Shown: positions 1 through 10,381 of the stretch, one piece after another | Position numbering within the stretch: position 1 is the first letter of the stretch | Layout: each line of letters starts with the position of its first letter | Assembly (NCBI GenBank): GCA_963422375.2 | Contig: OY729427.2 | Location: 1,024,001-1,088,000 of the forward strand | Reading direction: 5' to 3' | Source of the DNA: Bryobacterales bacterium | GTDB taxonomy: Bacteria; Acidobacteriota; Terriglobia; Bryobacterales; UBA6623 | Length of the DNA stretch: 64,000 nt | The notes under the pieces: model-generated | Told to the model about the DNA's origin: nothing | The model's input: the letters and a program-made list of their open reading frames with translations, nothing else | The model's database searches: none | Program-made: the position numbers and the translations under genes

Positions 1-998
1 CGAGGAACATCCGCGATGTGGTCGACTGTCATCAGCTCGACCGTCTTGCGGCTGAGGATGCGCTGGCCGTCCAGTTCGCCCCCGTTCAGCAGCATCTGGC
101 AGAAGCGAAGGTAGTCGCGCGTCGTGGAGACCAGCCCGCCGCCGCCCGAGTACCATTTCGTGTCCTCGACGTACCGCTCGAGCCGCCCGCCGGGAACGGG
201 CTCGATAGCCCGCTTGTCCTTGGTTTGCCGGTAGACCTGCGCGAAGCGGTCCATCTGGCTGTCGGCCAGCCGGAACCCTGTGTCGCGCATGTCCAGCGGC
301 TCGAAGACGCGCTCGCGCATGAACGTGGCGAGGTCCTTGCCGGACAGGATCTCGATCAGCCGGCCCTGGACGTCGACGGACACGCTGTACTCCCAAGCCG
401 AGCCGGGCTGGTGCTTCAGCGGGAGTTTCGCGAGCTTCCGGACAAATTCCTCCACGGACCGATTGCCGCCGAGGACATTCGCGTCGGTGTACATCTCGTC
501 CACCGGGCTGTCGCCGAAGAGCCCGTAGGTCATGCCCGATGTGTGCCGCATCAGGTCCTGGACCGTCATCTCGCGCTTGGAGGGCACCAGCTTGTCCTTG
601 TCGCCCTCCAGCACCTGCAGGCCGCCGAGCTCCGGGATGTGTTTCTTGACTTGATCTCGCAGCGCGAACCGTCCCTCCTCGTACAGCGTCATCAAGGCCA
701 CGCCGACGATCGGCTTGGTCATGGAGTAGATGCGGAAAATCTGGTCGTCGCGCATCGGCTCGCCGGCTTCCCGGTCAGCCATGCCGACGGTCTCCCAGTA
801 GGCGATCCTCCCCTTCCGGGCCACCACGCCGATCGCGCCCGCCAGGTGCCCCTTGGCCACGCGGGCCTCCATAACCCGGGTGATCCTGTCGAGTCGTTCC
901 TGGGACAGGCCGACCTCGGAAGGGTCGGCTCGGGGGATTTCGCCGGCGGCGGCGTGCGCCACGAGCAGGGCAGGCAGCAGTAGGAATCGAAGATGCAT
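1..998 (-). CDS. Serine hydrolase, beta-lactamase class C-like family (3' end runs off the window)
   Basis: Not in the ORF track because no stop falls inside the window. Manual translation from the ATG at 998: MHLRFLLLPALLVAHAAAGEIPRADPSEVGLSQERLDRI...IFRIYSMTKPI...LMRHTSG. Shows a signal peptide, the SxxK motif (SMTK) and an LxxHTSG motif. Confidence 0.85.
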   Translation of the reverse strand, partial: MHLRFLLLPALLVAHAAAGEIPRADPSEVGLSQERLDRITRVMEARVAKGHLAGAIGVVARKGRIAYWETVGMADREAGEPMRDDQIFRIYSMTKPIVGVALMTLYEEGRFALRDQVKKHIPELGGLQVLEGDKDKLVPSKREMTVQDLMRHTSGMTYGLFGDSPVDEMYTDANVLGGNRSVEEFVRKLAKLPLKHQPGSAWEYSVSVDVQGRLIEILSGKDLATFMRERVFEPLDMRDTGFRLADSQMDRFAQVYRQTKDKRAIEPVPGGRLERYVEDTKWYSGGGGLVSTTRDYLRFCQMLLNGGELDGQRILSRKTVELMTVDHIADVP

Positions 999-1047
999 TC
1001 GGAGGTCTCCAAGTGTCCGTAAGAGTTTACGCGATGGGCCCGGCGGG

Positions 1048-2070
1048 CTAGGCGAGGCCCAGCAGGGGGCGGCTGTACGCCAGATCCGCGGCAACCTCCT
1101 GCCGTTCCAGATCCACCGGATCCCCCTTCGGGGCGACGTAGGCCTCGCCGGTCCGCGCCAGCGCCATAAAGCCCTCGTAGACCCATGCGGGCACGTCCCT
1201 GTAGTGTGTCCAGAAGCCCGTGTCCCGCACGGCGAACTTGCGCGGTGCGCGCAGATTGATGATCTCCAGCGAGAACGCGAGATCGGGCCGCAGCTCTCGG
1301 AACCGCCGGGCCCAGCGCTCGATGCCGACGTTGCCCTGGCCCATCGGCACCCACATGACGTTCACCTCCCCGTCTTCAAGCCAGATGCGCGAGTCGCGGA
1401 TGCCGGTCGTCAGCGCGGTCGGCGCGAGCACCTCCAGCGTGTGCAGAGGATCCTCGAGCGTCCAGGTGGCGTTGCCCGAGTCCAGCAGCGCGCCGACGTA
1501 GTCCGTGCCCGCCTCCTCCACCAAGGCGCGCAGCTGGCGGGCCTGCAGATCCCCCGCGTGGTTCTCCAAGGCGATCTTGATGCCGTGGCGGCCCTCGTCG
1601 TCGCGAACGGACCTGCAGGCGGCAATCGTGTTCTCGATATGCCGCTCAAGCGGAATGTCGCCCTTGCGGTCCTCGGAGCCGCCGAGGTAGCAACGGACGA
1701 AGGGCGATCCCAGAATCCGAGCGATCCCGAACATCCTCAGCAACTGCTGGCGAGCCGAGCCGTCCTCCTTGGCGAAGCGCGTGGATGTGCGGCAGATCGA
1801 CCCGAAGCCGACTTCGATCCGGATGCCGAGCGCGTCCGCATGCTCCCGAACGCGCTTGAGGTGATCCTCGTCGGTGCTTCCGAGAAATCGGGGTTCGGAA
1901 AAGTTCGCGACGGTCGCGCCGTGGGCGTGGGCGAAATCCAGAAGCTGGAACGCAGTCCATCCCTGAGACCGCAGGCTGAAGAAATCGAGTCCAAGCGGGT
2001 TGGCTGGCATTTCGGCTCCCATGAGGCACGGCACGGCAGTGCTGCCGAGCAGGAGTTGGCGACGTGTCAT
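1048..2070 (-). CDS. Sugar phosphate isomerase/epimerase (xylose isomerase-like TIM barrel)
   Basis: IALENH, LLDSGN and LEII metal-binding motifs; short twin-Arg-like N-terminus (MTRRQLL). Confidence 0.8.
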   Translation of the reverse strand: MTRRQLLLGSTAVPCLMGAEMPANPLGLDFFSLRSQGWTAFQLLDFAHAHGATVANFSEPRFLGSTDEDHLKRVREHADALGIRIEVGFGSICRTSTRFAKEDGSARQQLLRMFGIARILGSPFVRCYLGGSEDRKGDIPLERHIENTIAACRSVRDDEGRHGIKIALENHAGDLQARQLRALVEEAGTDYVGALLDSGNATWTLEDPLHTLEVLAPTALTTGIRDSRIWLEDGEVNVMWVPMGQGNVGIERWARRFRELRPDLAFSLEIINLRAPRKFAVRDTGFWTHYRDVPAWVYEGFMALARTGEAYVAPKGDPVDLERQEVAADLAYSRPLLGLA

Positions 2071-2941
2071 CTACGAAGCTCCCCCAATGGTAAGCAGCGC
2101 GGGTGCGAGTTGCAACGCGGGGCTTCAAACGTGCCCGGGAATCGACTCTCGGGGGCCGAGACTGGAGGCACCGAACGAGGCCTGGCGGGGGAACGGACCA
2201 TGTAGCGGCTGCTCTCGGGCCACTTGGAGGAGGGATCTCGCTGACCGGGCCGATCAAGATTCCTTTGCTCGGCTTGACGCGGAATGCCTCGTACGGGCTT
2301 GAGCAGCGCCCGGCCAGACAGTCTGCAGGAGGCCAGTCTATCGGCGAAGGCACACAGCTCATCGCGCAGCGCCTCCGCAGTAGGGGCCGCTCCCCGTACC
2401 CGCACCGTCGCCCGCAGGCGAATGCACGGCTGCATCGCACCGCGAAGCAGCGACCGGAAAAGCCCTTGACCCAGGGAGACCGGCCGCACGTCGGCCCTAT
2501 GGGAAATGTCGCCGTCGCGGTAGCGAGGCTAGCCTGCATTGTGCCGGAGCACCGGACTCGCGCCAAGATTCCGGGACTGCCGACATGCTCGGGATGGTAC
2601 TCGTTTAACGAATCCGAAGAAGCGACCGCAATGAGCCAAACGCAACCACGGTGAAGCCTCGGGCACCTCAGGCCGATTTCTATGCTTGCGATCTGCCCGA
2701 GCCTCCCCTCATGTTCCGGATGCGCCATGCAACCCGTTCGCGACCACCAGCGCCCTCGCACGCTTCAGCGTGTCGGTCTATGCGATATGCGCCCATTCCT
2801 CTACGAGCTGGTCACCGTCAATCCTGAACACCGCGCGACGATCACTCGCACCCCGGACCGACAAGGTCCGAATTGCCGTGGCCTCACCGGTCTCCCCGTC
2901 CACTGCCTGGACGGCCCAAGACGGATCCCCGCCGGTTTCTG

Positions 2942-3133
2942 TCAGCGTGAAGTTGAGCTGCTCACCTGCTTGATCGCGATGTAGTCCCGGATGTCATTGA
3001 TCTTGGCAACCAAAGCTCTGAGCTCAGCCCTGATCTCGGCACCGTCGTCGGTAGCAAGGATCAAGCCGCCCAGCGATACGCCCACCGCCAGGACGGCTAT
3101 GATCAGGTGCCTGTCCTCGGATCTCGCGACCAT
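2942..3133 (-). CDS. Small hypothetical membrane protein (one TM plus short coiled coil); possibly a remnant
   Basis: LIIAVLAVGVSLGGLIL hydrophobic helix followed by AEIRAELRALVAKINDIRD heptads. Confidence 0.3.
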   Translation of the reverse strand: MVARSEDRHLIIAVLAVGVSLGGLILATDDGAEIRAELRALVAKINDIRDYIAIKQVSSSTSR

Positions 3134-3653
3134 TCCTGCCTCAATCTAGCCGAAGCGAAGCTCCTATCAGTTTGCAAGTCGCGCCCAGGCACCGGCGGCC
3201 CGGCACCCTTCGCTCAAGTTCGGACATGCATACCAGCGGGTTCCGTTACCCCAGCGGCGAATGCACCAGCACTTGCAGGCGGACGTGTCGCCGCATCCGG
3301 CTGGGTGGACGCTGTGCCGACCCGGTGTCACGTCAGGATGCACTTCGCTTCGATTGGGGCCTTGATGGCGACGTCGACCAGGCGCACGGCAGTCCTCCCG
3401 ATGCCCGCCGACAGACTCACGGGCGTGTCTAGGCGTTGCGACACCGGGGCGACAGCGCCGCCTAGCCGGCACCGTCCGTGCTGCATCCACTCCCTGGGAT
3501 GGCACACTCACTCCGTCGGTAGATCTCGATCCCCTAGGTCCCTGCCCGCACACGCCCGTGCGACCCACTCGCCGCGGAGTGCGGGCGAATCTCGGAAATT
3601 GCCGACTATCCCAGTCCGGAAGGGGCGCTAGGAAGATGTGTCATCGTAGGCGC

Positions 3654-5510
3654 GTGCGCTTCTTCAACACCGCTGGGCCGGTCGTGGCGGGGATGCCAAA
3701 TATGATTCCGCCTCTGGATCGTATTCCTATCGGAGGATGTCCTAGGCCTCGGACTTCCCGAGGTCGAGGGGTGGAGCGAGGCCGGTGCCTGCCGAAGGTC
3801 CTTACGCAAAGCTCACGGTCTTCTGCGAGTGTTCCCACCGTCCAATCTACATGTTGGAGCTTCTTGTCACGCGTGCCTGTATGGAGGATAGGACTCCGAA
3901 ATCAGCGTTGACGCACCGAGCAATTTCACCAGCAGATTCCGGGATCGGCGGAATGCCGCCTGTCTCATTTGTCCTGTCGCCGTTCCGAGGCGGGTCCACT
4001 CGGCTGGAGCCCTCGTCCTAGCCGTCGAAGGGTCACTGCCGGGCCGAGAGTCCGTTCCGGGGCTGTTGCACGGGGTGTCGCGCGCCTCGACGGCGGCGAA
4101 ACCGGTCCGTTCCGCTCCCAGCCCGGCACGCTTGCGGCTATCGTGCTTCTCGCGGTCTGTCTGAGCCGTCTCATGTTGCGACATCGCTAGTGAGACGACC
4201 ACGGGATGTCCGAGGCCTAGTCCGGGACTACAGGTCCCTATCCTGCACGCGCCTCGGCAGACGGGCAAGACCTCCGCCATGCTTGCGCTGCAAGACTTCC
4301 TGAACAGCAGGTCGGATGACGATTACCGTTGCGTAAACGTCAACATCGAGGGCGGCCCAGCGTTCCGTGAAGACGTAGGCCAAGTCATGCGCACGATCCC
4401 CAGTCTGCTCTCCGTGCTGCACCAGCCGCGGTCCGGCTACCACCTCTGACCGCTCGAGTTCCCCCGGAGCATCGTGTTGTGCGGGGTACGCGACGTGCGG
4501 GACCACCGCAGTCACTCGACTTCCGGGAACGAGTACGTCGCCGGTGGCAGCGCCTTCACCATCGGTGCGGAATCGTTGCAGCTTGGAAACTTCAGCCGAC
4601 CGGAGGTCGAGGCGTTGCTGGCACAGCTCACCGCAGAGACCGGGCAGGCGCTACTGCAGGAGGCAGTGGAACGGCATTGGATCCAGACGCTTGGCTAGCC
4701 CTTGCTCGTTAGCGCGCTCTGCTACGGAGCCTGCTTTCGGCGCGCGTCGGCAAGACCGCGACCGCCCCATCGCCGAGCAGGACATTCTCGATGGGCAGGA
4801 GGTGGCTCATTGTCCGGCGCGTCACTCGCCTAGACCAGCTGGCGGACAAGCTGACGGAAGATCGAGTCCGGCGGGTGGCCGAGCCAATGCTCAGCGGCAC
4901 GTTGGACCAAGAGGCCTTGACCCAGGATCTCGAGCATGTGCGCGACCCTGGGCTTGGTCGCTCGAGAGGATCCGCCCCGCATCGCCAACCCGATCTATTC
5001 CGAAGCGATCGCGCAAGAGCGCGCTTATCAAGTGCAGGCGGGTCTCTGGATGAAGCCGTCCGCATGCGTAGGACCGAACAGCCGGCTGGACACGGCCAGG
5101 CTACTCGCGGAGTTCCAGGCGTTCTCTTGCCAGAATTCCGAGCACTGGCTGAAGCGGTTCCAATTCCACGAGGCGGGCCCACCGCTGCTGCAGGCATTCC
5201 TGCAGAAGGCGGCCGAACAGCGGAGGGCGAATCGAGCGCGAGTACGGCTTAGGTCGCGGCCGCACGGACCTGCCCGTCGTCTGGCCAACGGACGGGGGGA
5301 CCTGGCGCTTCGTCGAGTGCAAGCTCCTGCACAAGGGGCTTGAGAGCACGACCCGCGACGGGCTGCGGCAGAGTGCCGAGCACATGGATCGCCGCTCGGC
5401 CGAGGAAGGCCACCAGGTGCCGTTTGACCGCAGCGAGCGGAGCTGGGAAGACAAGGTACTCCGTCGAACGGAATACGCTGGCGGCAACGCCATCGAAGTG
5501 TGGGGCAAAC
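3654..5510 (+). pseudogene. Degraded AAA-type ATPase fused to a C-terminal PD-(D/E)XK-like nuclease domain
   Basis: Collinear fragments in shifting frames: VRFFNTAGPV..IPPLDRI, LHAPRQTGKTS (Walker A), SIVLCGVRDVRD, LDQLADKLTEDRVRRV, IANPIYSE, IEREYGLGRGRTDL...VECK, IEVWG. Multiple frameshifts and stops, plus an insertion at 3750-4212. Confidence 0.8.
3750..4212. mobile_element. MITE-like non-autonomous insertion (463 bp) with 17-bp terminal inverted repeats and a 6-bp target duplication
   Basis: Left end CGGACTTCCCGAGGTCG (3750-3766) and right end CGACCACGGGATGTCCG (4196-4212) are 15/17 inverted matches. AGGCCT flanks both sides (3744-3749 and 4213-4218). Removing the element restores the reading E-D-V-L-G-L-V-R-D just before the Walker A segment. 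Confidence 0.7.
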
Positions 5511-5573
5511 AAAGTCGCTGCAAGCGGTTGGCCGGCTCGGTGCCGGGAGCGCGGCTCGTTCGTGCGGCCGAGG

Positions 5574-6359
5574 TCAGCCCGCGACCTCGCGCCGGACAGC
5601 TTCCCGCGAATCGGGTGGCAGGTCCTCGATGGCTGCGCCCAGCCGGTCCAGATCCTCGCAGGCGCGTTCCAACTCGGCTTGGAGCCGCCTGCGCATCTCG
5701 CGGATCAGGTTCCGACCGGACAGGCGGGCCTGCTCGTGCTCCTGCATGATCCTCGCGATCGGCGCCGCGTGGAGCTGGCCCAGCGCGTACCGCATCTCGC
5801 GCACCCGGTAGCGCGTCCAGGCAATCTGCCGGTTCGTCCTGGACCAGACCGATTCGAGACCGAATCCCACGATCGGATTGCTCTCGGCCAGCCAGTGCTC
5901 GAGCAGCCATTGCAGGCGGCGATCATCGCCGTCGCGGTATGCGAGCGTCGCTTCGGCCATGACCTCGTGCCGCCTGCGCCGCTCGCTTTCGTCCTCCGCC
6001 AAGTCGGGATGGATGCGGCGGGCGAGCTCCAAGAAGATCCGCCTCGCGCCCTCGCCCGGCCGCGCCGCAGGCGCATCGGCGGCGTCCCGCTCGGCGCTCT
6101 CGGGCCCCTCCCCGCTCCCGCGAGCCCTAGCGAGTGCATCCCATCCCCGACCGGCCCTTGCGCGCAGGCGCTCCAGCTCGTCGTAGCGGTCGCCCACGGC
6201 GGGCCGGTAGCGCAGCTCGAACCGTCGCAGCTCCTCGACATCCCGCGCGTACTCCAGTTCCACTTGGCGCAGCTGGCGCTGCAAGCCGATCAGAAGGCCC
6301 CGTCTGCGGAAGAGCCCGCAGTCGGGCGCGGCCTGGTACGCGACCAGCGCGGTAGTCAC
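5574..6359 (-). CDS. Coiled-coil protein with an internal J-domain-like segment
   Basis: RRIFLELARRIHPDLA...MAEATLAY contains the HPD motif. The GTG start at 6359 overlaps the upstream stop codon. Confidence 0.65.
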   Translation of the reverse strand: MTTALVAYQAAPDCGLFRRRGLLIGLQRQLRQVELEYARDVEELRRFELRYRPAVGDRYDELERLRARAGRGWDALARARGSGEGPESAERDAADAPAARPGEGARRIFLELARRIHPDLAEDESERRRRHEVMAEATLAYRDGDDRRLQWLLEHWLAESNPIVGFGLESVWSRTNRQIAWTRYRVREMRYALGQLHAAPIARIMQEHEQARLSGRNLIREMRRRLQAELERACEDLDRLGAAIEDLPPDSREAVRREVAG

Positions 6360-6976
6360 GCCGACGGGCCCCCGTAGGCGGACCCAACCGACTCGCGGAT
6401 CACGGCGGGCACCCAGTGGTGCCACCTCCGCCCGGCGCGGATTGCCTCCCGGACCGCGCTCGAGGAGGCCGCGCCGCGCCGCGGGTCGATCTCGAACGGA
6501 ACGATCCGGTCGGCGTGCGCCGGAGCCGGGGGGTAGGCACCTTGGCGGGCCGCGACCAGCAGGCGAAAGTGCCCGAGCTGCTCGTCGAACGGCATTTCCC
6601 GCCCGTAGTCCCAGCGAGCGAAGCGCTCCGCGGCGTCGCGACCGGCGATTACGGATGGCTCGCACCCCTCGCCAGCCGCCCGGCGAAAGGATTGCACCAC
6701 GTCGATGATCAGTCCCTGCGGGCAAGCGGCCGCAGCACGGTCGGGCCGTCCCTGCGCGAGCGTCGCGAGCCAGCGCAGGCGCTGCTCGAAGCCGGGCCCG
6801 TCGAAGCGCTTGTGCGGCAGCGCCTGCGGCAGCACGAAGACAACCTGGTCGAGGGCGAAGCTCGCCTGGGCCCTGTCCGCCAGCGCCACGTGCGCCACGG
6901 TCGGGGGATTGTAGGCCGCCGGCAGCAAGCCCACGCGGCCCTCCCCGACGAGTCGGCCCGCGACCGTGCGGAACAC
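6356..6976 (-). CDS. Nicotinate-nucleotide adenylyltransferase-like (NadD-like cytidylyltransferase family)
   Basis: C-terminal part of the 6356..8425 ORF: VGLLPAAYNPPTVAH (HxGH-like), PHK, IAGRD, SSSAVRE. Confidence 0.7.
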   Translation of the reverse strand: MFRTVAGRLVGEGRVGLLPAAYNPPTVAHVALADRAQASFALDQVVFVLPQALPHKRFDGPGFEQRLRWLATLAQGRPDRAAAACPQGLIIDVVQSFRRAAGEGCEPSVIAGRDAAERFARWDYGREMPFDEQLGHFRLLVAARQGAYPPAPAHADRIVPFEIDPRRGAASSSAVREAIRAGRRWHHWVPAVIRESVGSAYGGPSA

Positions 6977-7959
6977 TACTCGAGAAAGGGCGCGATCGCG
7001 CGATCCAGCCCGGCGTCGTCCCAAGTGTCGATCTTCACCGGTCGGTGCAGCGACCAAGTCTCGACGTGGTCGACCGACTCTCCCGGCTGAAGCGCGCGCA
7101 TCGGCCCGAGCGTCTCCAGCTCGAGGAACCGCTCGTTCGTGAACGTCTCGAAGGACGAGCCCATATCCGGGTATTCCTCGTCGGGCGACGCCGCGAACTT
7201 CTTGACGAACAGCTCCCCGTCCAGCAGGTACGCCCCGCGCGTGGCGGGGTTGAAGAGCCCGATCTTCTCGGGATCGGAATTGGCGGGATCCTGCCGCAGC
7301 AAGATGTACTTCTCCATCCAGCTCCAGCGCGGGTCGGCCATGTTCGTGAAGGCGAAGACGATCAGGGGGTTGGTCGGAGCCAAGACCTCCGGATGCGTGC
7401 CCCTCGGCGGCAAAGTCGTGATTCCGACGCCTCCCGGAGCCATCATCGTGAGCACCCACGTGGCGATCCGCAGCGGGAAAATCGTGCGGTTGGCGAGAAC
7501 GTAGCGCACAGTGGCACCGGTACCGCTCTCGGCGAGCTCCACCTCGATCCGCTTCTGGAATCCCGTGTTCTCGACAGGCGCCTGCGCGGACAGCCTGTTC
7601 CCGTGAATCTCGACCTCCACCGGCTCGTTGTCGGCGGCGTAGCTGTACACGGCGTCCTCCGGGGCCACCCAGAGGCGGCTGCCGCCGTAGAGCCGCCAGC
7701 CGTCCCCGCCGGTCCGGCCCAAGTCCTCCTCGAGCTCGACGAACAGGTTGCGGCCGCCGACAAAGGCGTAGCGGATGATGCGCGGGCCCACGTCCGCGGT
7801 CACGACGAGTTCCGCCTCGCCGTTGGACATGCGGTAGCACTCCGGCCAGCCGGCGTACTCGATCCTCTCGACGGTCACAGCGGCGAAGGCAGGCGCGACG
7901 GCCGCCAGTCCCAAGGCCGCCACTGCGCGCAGCGGCAGGCGCGGGCCGGGCTCCGGCAT
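6976..7959 (-). CDS. Secreted hypothetical protein, galactose-mutarotase-like beta fold (DUF4380-like)
   Basis: Signal peptide; VGPRII, YGGSRLWVAPE and LELETLGP motifs. Confidence 0.6.
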   Translation of the reverse strand: MPEPGPRLPLRAVAALGLAAVAPAFAAVTVERIEYAGWPECYRMSNGEAELVVTADVGPRIIRYAFVGGRNLFVELEEDLGRTGGDGWRLYGGSRLWVAPEDAVYSYAADNEPVEVEIHGNRLSAQAPVENTGFQKRIEVELAESGTGATVRYVLANRTIFPLRIATWVLTMMAPGGVGITTLPPRGTHPEVLAPTNPLIVFAFTNMADPRWSWMEKYILLRQDPANSDPEKIGLFNPATRGAYLLDGELFVKKFAASPDEEYPDMGSSFETFTNERFLELETLGPMRALQPGESVDHVETWSLHRPVKIDTWDDAGLDRAIAPFLE

Positions 7960-7974
7960 GAGGCACTGGACGCG

Positions 7975-8748
7975 CTAGTAGGTGGCTCGCCCGCCGCTGA
8001 CATCGTAGCACTGGCCGGTCACGAACGAGCAGTCCGGGCTGGCGAGGAAATGCGCCACCGCGGCGACCTCCTCGACCGTCCCGGTGCGCCCGCGGGGGAT
8101 GCGGGAGGTCATGTACCCGACCTGCTCGGCGGTGAGCTGGTCGAGAATCGGCGTCCGGATCACGGTCGGGCTGATCGCGTTGACGCAAATATCGTATTGC
8201 GCCGTCTCCTTGCCCATGGACTTGCTCATCGCGATCACACCGGCCTTCGAGGCGGAATAGGCGACCATGTTGGGGTTGCCTTCCTTTCCGGCCAGCGAAG
8301 CGATGTTCACGATCCGCCCGTAGCCGCGCTCGACCATCGACGGCAGGACGGCGCGGCAGCAATAGAAGACGCCGCTCAGATTGACGTCGATGACCGACTG
8401 CCAGTCGCGGTCCGACTGCTCCCAAGCCGGGAGCGCCCTGCCCGCGATGCCGGCGTTGCAGACTAAGACGTCGATGCGGCCCTGGCGCTCGAGCACGACA
8501 CCGACCGCGGCCACGACGGAGTCCGCGTTCGAGACGTCCACCGGCACTGGGAACGCCGCCAGGCCTTCCGAGCGGATCTCGCCGCAGCGGACGGCGGCCG
8601 CCTCCTCGTTGAGATCGGCAACCGCCACTTCCGCGCCGGCCCGGGCGAGACGAGCCGCGATACCCTCGCCGATCCCCCGGCCGGCACCGGTCACCAGCGC
8701 GGTGTGACCGCGCAGGCTAAAGAAGCTACTCGGCAACGGGCTCGCCAT
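7975..8748 (-). CDS. SDR family NAD(P)-dependent oxidoreductase
   Basis: TGAGRGIG, NAG and YSASK motifs. Confidence 0.9.
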   Translation of the reverse strand: MASPLPSSFFSLRGHTALVTGAGRGIGEGIAARLARAGAEVAVADLNEEAAAVRCGEIRSEGLAAFPVPVDVSNADSVVAAVGVVLERQGRIDVLVCNAGIAGRALPAWEQSDRDWQSVIDVNLSGVFYCCRAVLPSMVERGYGRIVNIASLAGKEGNPNMVAYSASKAGVIAMSKSMGKETAQYDICVNAISPTVIRTPILDQLTAEQVGYMTSRIPRGRTGTVEEVAAVAHFLASPDCSFVTGQCYDVSGGRATY

Positions 8749-9415
8749 CTGGCGCCGGGGCCGCGACGGCCGTTCCGGCCTGCTCCTCGGATTCGGCCGC
8801 GACCTCGCGGACTACGTCGTCCTGGCCTGCAACCTCGTCCTCGCCCGCGGCCTCCGCGGACTCGAATTCCGTGCCCTCCTCAACCGGCTCCTCCGGCGGC
8901 GGCGGAGCCGGAGCGAACTCCAGCTGCGCCGCCATCTCCGCGGTGCGGTCCAACGGCGCTTCCTCGCGACCTTGGGCCCGGACCTCGAGCTTGACCGTCG
9001 TGGACAGGTCCTTGTAAATGTGTATCGGGACCTCGTAGTCCCCCACGCTGCGCACGGGGCTGGTCATCTGGATGCGACGGCGGTCGACTTCGATGCCCTT
9101 GTCCGCCAGCTTCGCGGCCACGTCGCGGGACGTCACGGAGCCGTAGAGCTGGTTGTTGAGACTGGCGCGGGACACCACCCGCACCACGCTGCCCTCGATG
9201 GCGGCGAGCTGCTTCTCGGCGTCGCCCCGCACCCGCACGGCCTCGCGCGCGGCAGCGGCCCGCATGGCCTCAAGGTGCTTGAGGCTGCCCTTGTCGGCGG
9301 GAATCGCCAGCCGTTTGGGGTAGAGGTAGTTCCGGGCGTAACCGTCCGCGACGCGGACCACGTCGCCGCGCTCGCCGAGGCGGAAGATGTCCTGCTTCAG
9401 AATGACCTCAAGCAT
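8726..9415 (-). CDS. rplI: 50S ribosomal protein L9 with an acidic C-terminal extension
   Basis: [27 protein letters not shown] and LYGSVT motifs. Confidence 0.95.
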   Translation of the reverse strand: MLEVILKQDIFRLGERGDVVRVADGYARNYLYPKRLAIPADKGSLKHLEAMRAAAAREAVRVRGDAEKQLAAIEGSVVRVVSRASLNNQLYGSVTSRDVAAKLADKGIEVDRRRIQMTSPVRSVGDYEVPIHIYKDLSTTVKLEVRAQGREEAPLDRTAEMAAQLEFAPAPPPPEEPVEEGTEFESAEAAGEDEVAGQDDVVREVAAESEEQAGTAVAAPAPDGEPVAE

Positions 9416-9899
9416 CGGCCCGTCCTCCCGGCTTGGCCTTGTCGACCGGACCGGCGAAGGGCAGCAGCGCCAGGTTGCGGGCGCGCTTGATCGCCCTTCG
9501 CAGCTCGCGCTGGTGCTTGGCGCTCAGACCGGTGTGCCGACGCGGATTGATCTTGCCGCGGTCGCCGACGAACTGCTTGAGGGTATCGATGTTCTTGTAG
9601 TCGATGTGGTCGATGCGGTTGACGCTGAAGTAATCGACCTTGCGCCGACGAAAGAAGCGCTTGCCGCCCCGGCCGCGCCCGTCAGGCCCGCGTCCCCTGC
9701 CGGGGCCACCGCCCTCGCCCGACGGCCCTCTCCTCGGCGGGCCGCCGCCGGGCCCGCTCCTCTGCGGGGCGCCACCGGGCCCGCTCCTCTGCGGGGCGCC
9801 GCCGGGGGCAGTCCTAGGAGGCGCACCGCCGGGGGCAGTCCTCTGGGGGGCGCCGACGGTCGCGCTCGTAGGCGGCGCTGGGGTCTGCTGGTCAGCCAT
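9408..9899 (-). CDS. rpsR: 30S ribosomal protein S18 with a Gly/Pro/Arg-rich N-terminal extension
   Basis: [44 protein letters not shown]; lies between rpsF and rplI. Confidence 0.93.
   Translation of the reverse strand: MADQQTPAPPTSATVGAPQRTAPGGAPPRTAPGGAPQRSGPGGAPQRSGPGGGPPRRGPSGEGGGPGRGRGPDGRGRGGKRFFRRRKVDYFSVNRIDHIDYKNIDTLKQFVGDRGKINPRRHTGLSAKHQRELRRAIKRARNLALLPFAGPVDKAKPGGRADA
9723..9854 (-). repeat. About five imperfect 27-bp tandem repeats coding GGAP(Q/P)R(T/S)(A/G)P in rpsR
   Basis: Unit ccgggcccgctcctctgcggggcgcc(a/g) repeated; peptide [44 protein letters not shown]. Confidence 0.85.
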
Positions 9900-9922
9900 G
9901 TATCAGTCTCTCTCCCGTTCGG

Positions 9923-10375
9923 TCAGGCCTGCGCGGCTTGCGGGGCCGCGGGAGCCGCCGGTTTCGGTGGCTGGGGCACGCCAGGCTCCCTGGGCTGGGT
10001 GGGCGCGGCCGCCGCCTCCCTGGCCGCCAGCCTCGGAGCCCGCTTGGCCCTCCGCGCCTGGGCCTTCTTGAGGCGCTTGAGGTCCTCGTCGATGCGAATC
10101 ATCAGGTGCTTGACGATGTCGTCCGCGACCCGGAGACGGCGCTCCACCTCGCGGTTCAGCGAGGAACCGGCGTCGGTCGAGTACTGGATGAAGACGTAGT
10201 GGCCGCTCCAGAACCCGCGCACGCGGTAGGCCAGCTTGCGCTTGCCCCAGTCGTCGACCTTGTCGACCGTGGCGCCGCCGTCGGTCAGCCACCCCTTGAC
10301 GGCCTCGACAGAGGCCTTGGCGTCCTCTTCCGGCAGATCGGGCTTGAGGATGAATCCCAGTTCGTAGACTCTCAT
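9923..10375 (-). CDS. rpsF: 30S ribosomal protein S6
   Basis: MRVYELGFILKPDL...WGKRKLAY. Confidence 0.95.
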   Translation of the reverse strand: MRVYELGFILKPDLPEEDAKASVEAVKGWLTDGGATVDKVDDWGKRKLAYRVRGFWSGHYVFIQYSTDAGSSLNREVERRLRVADDIVKHLMIRIDEDLKRLKKAQARRAKRAPRLAAREAAAAPTQPREPGVPQPPKPAAPAAPQAAQA

Positions 10376-10381
10376 ATTGCT

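Noticed and set aside
18..2205. Long plus-strand ORFs (18..983, 853..2205) and similar antisense ORFs elsewhere (e.g. 35947..37767, 58717..60402)
   Set aside because: These are shadow ORFs opposite well-supported genes in high-GC DNA and have no family motifs.
2071..3640. Several overlapping ORFs between the epimerase and the ATPase pseudogene
   Set aside because: No recognisable motifs apart from one small TM peptide; probably degraded DNA.
9723..9854. Repeat array considered as a CRISPR
   Set aside because: The repeats are contiguous, in-frame coding units with no unique spacers, and no cas genes are present.
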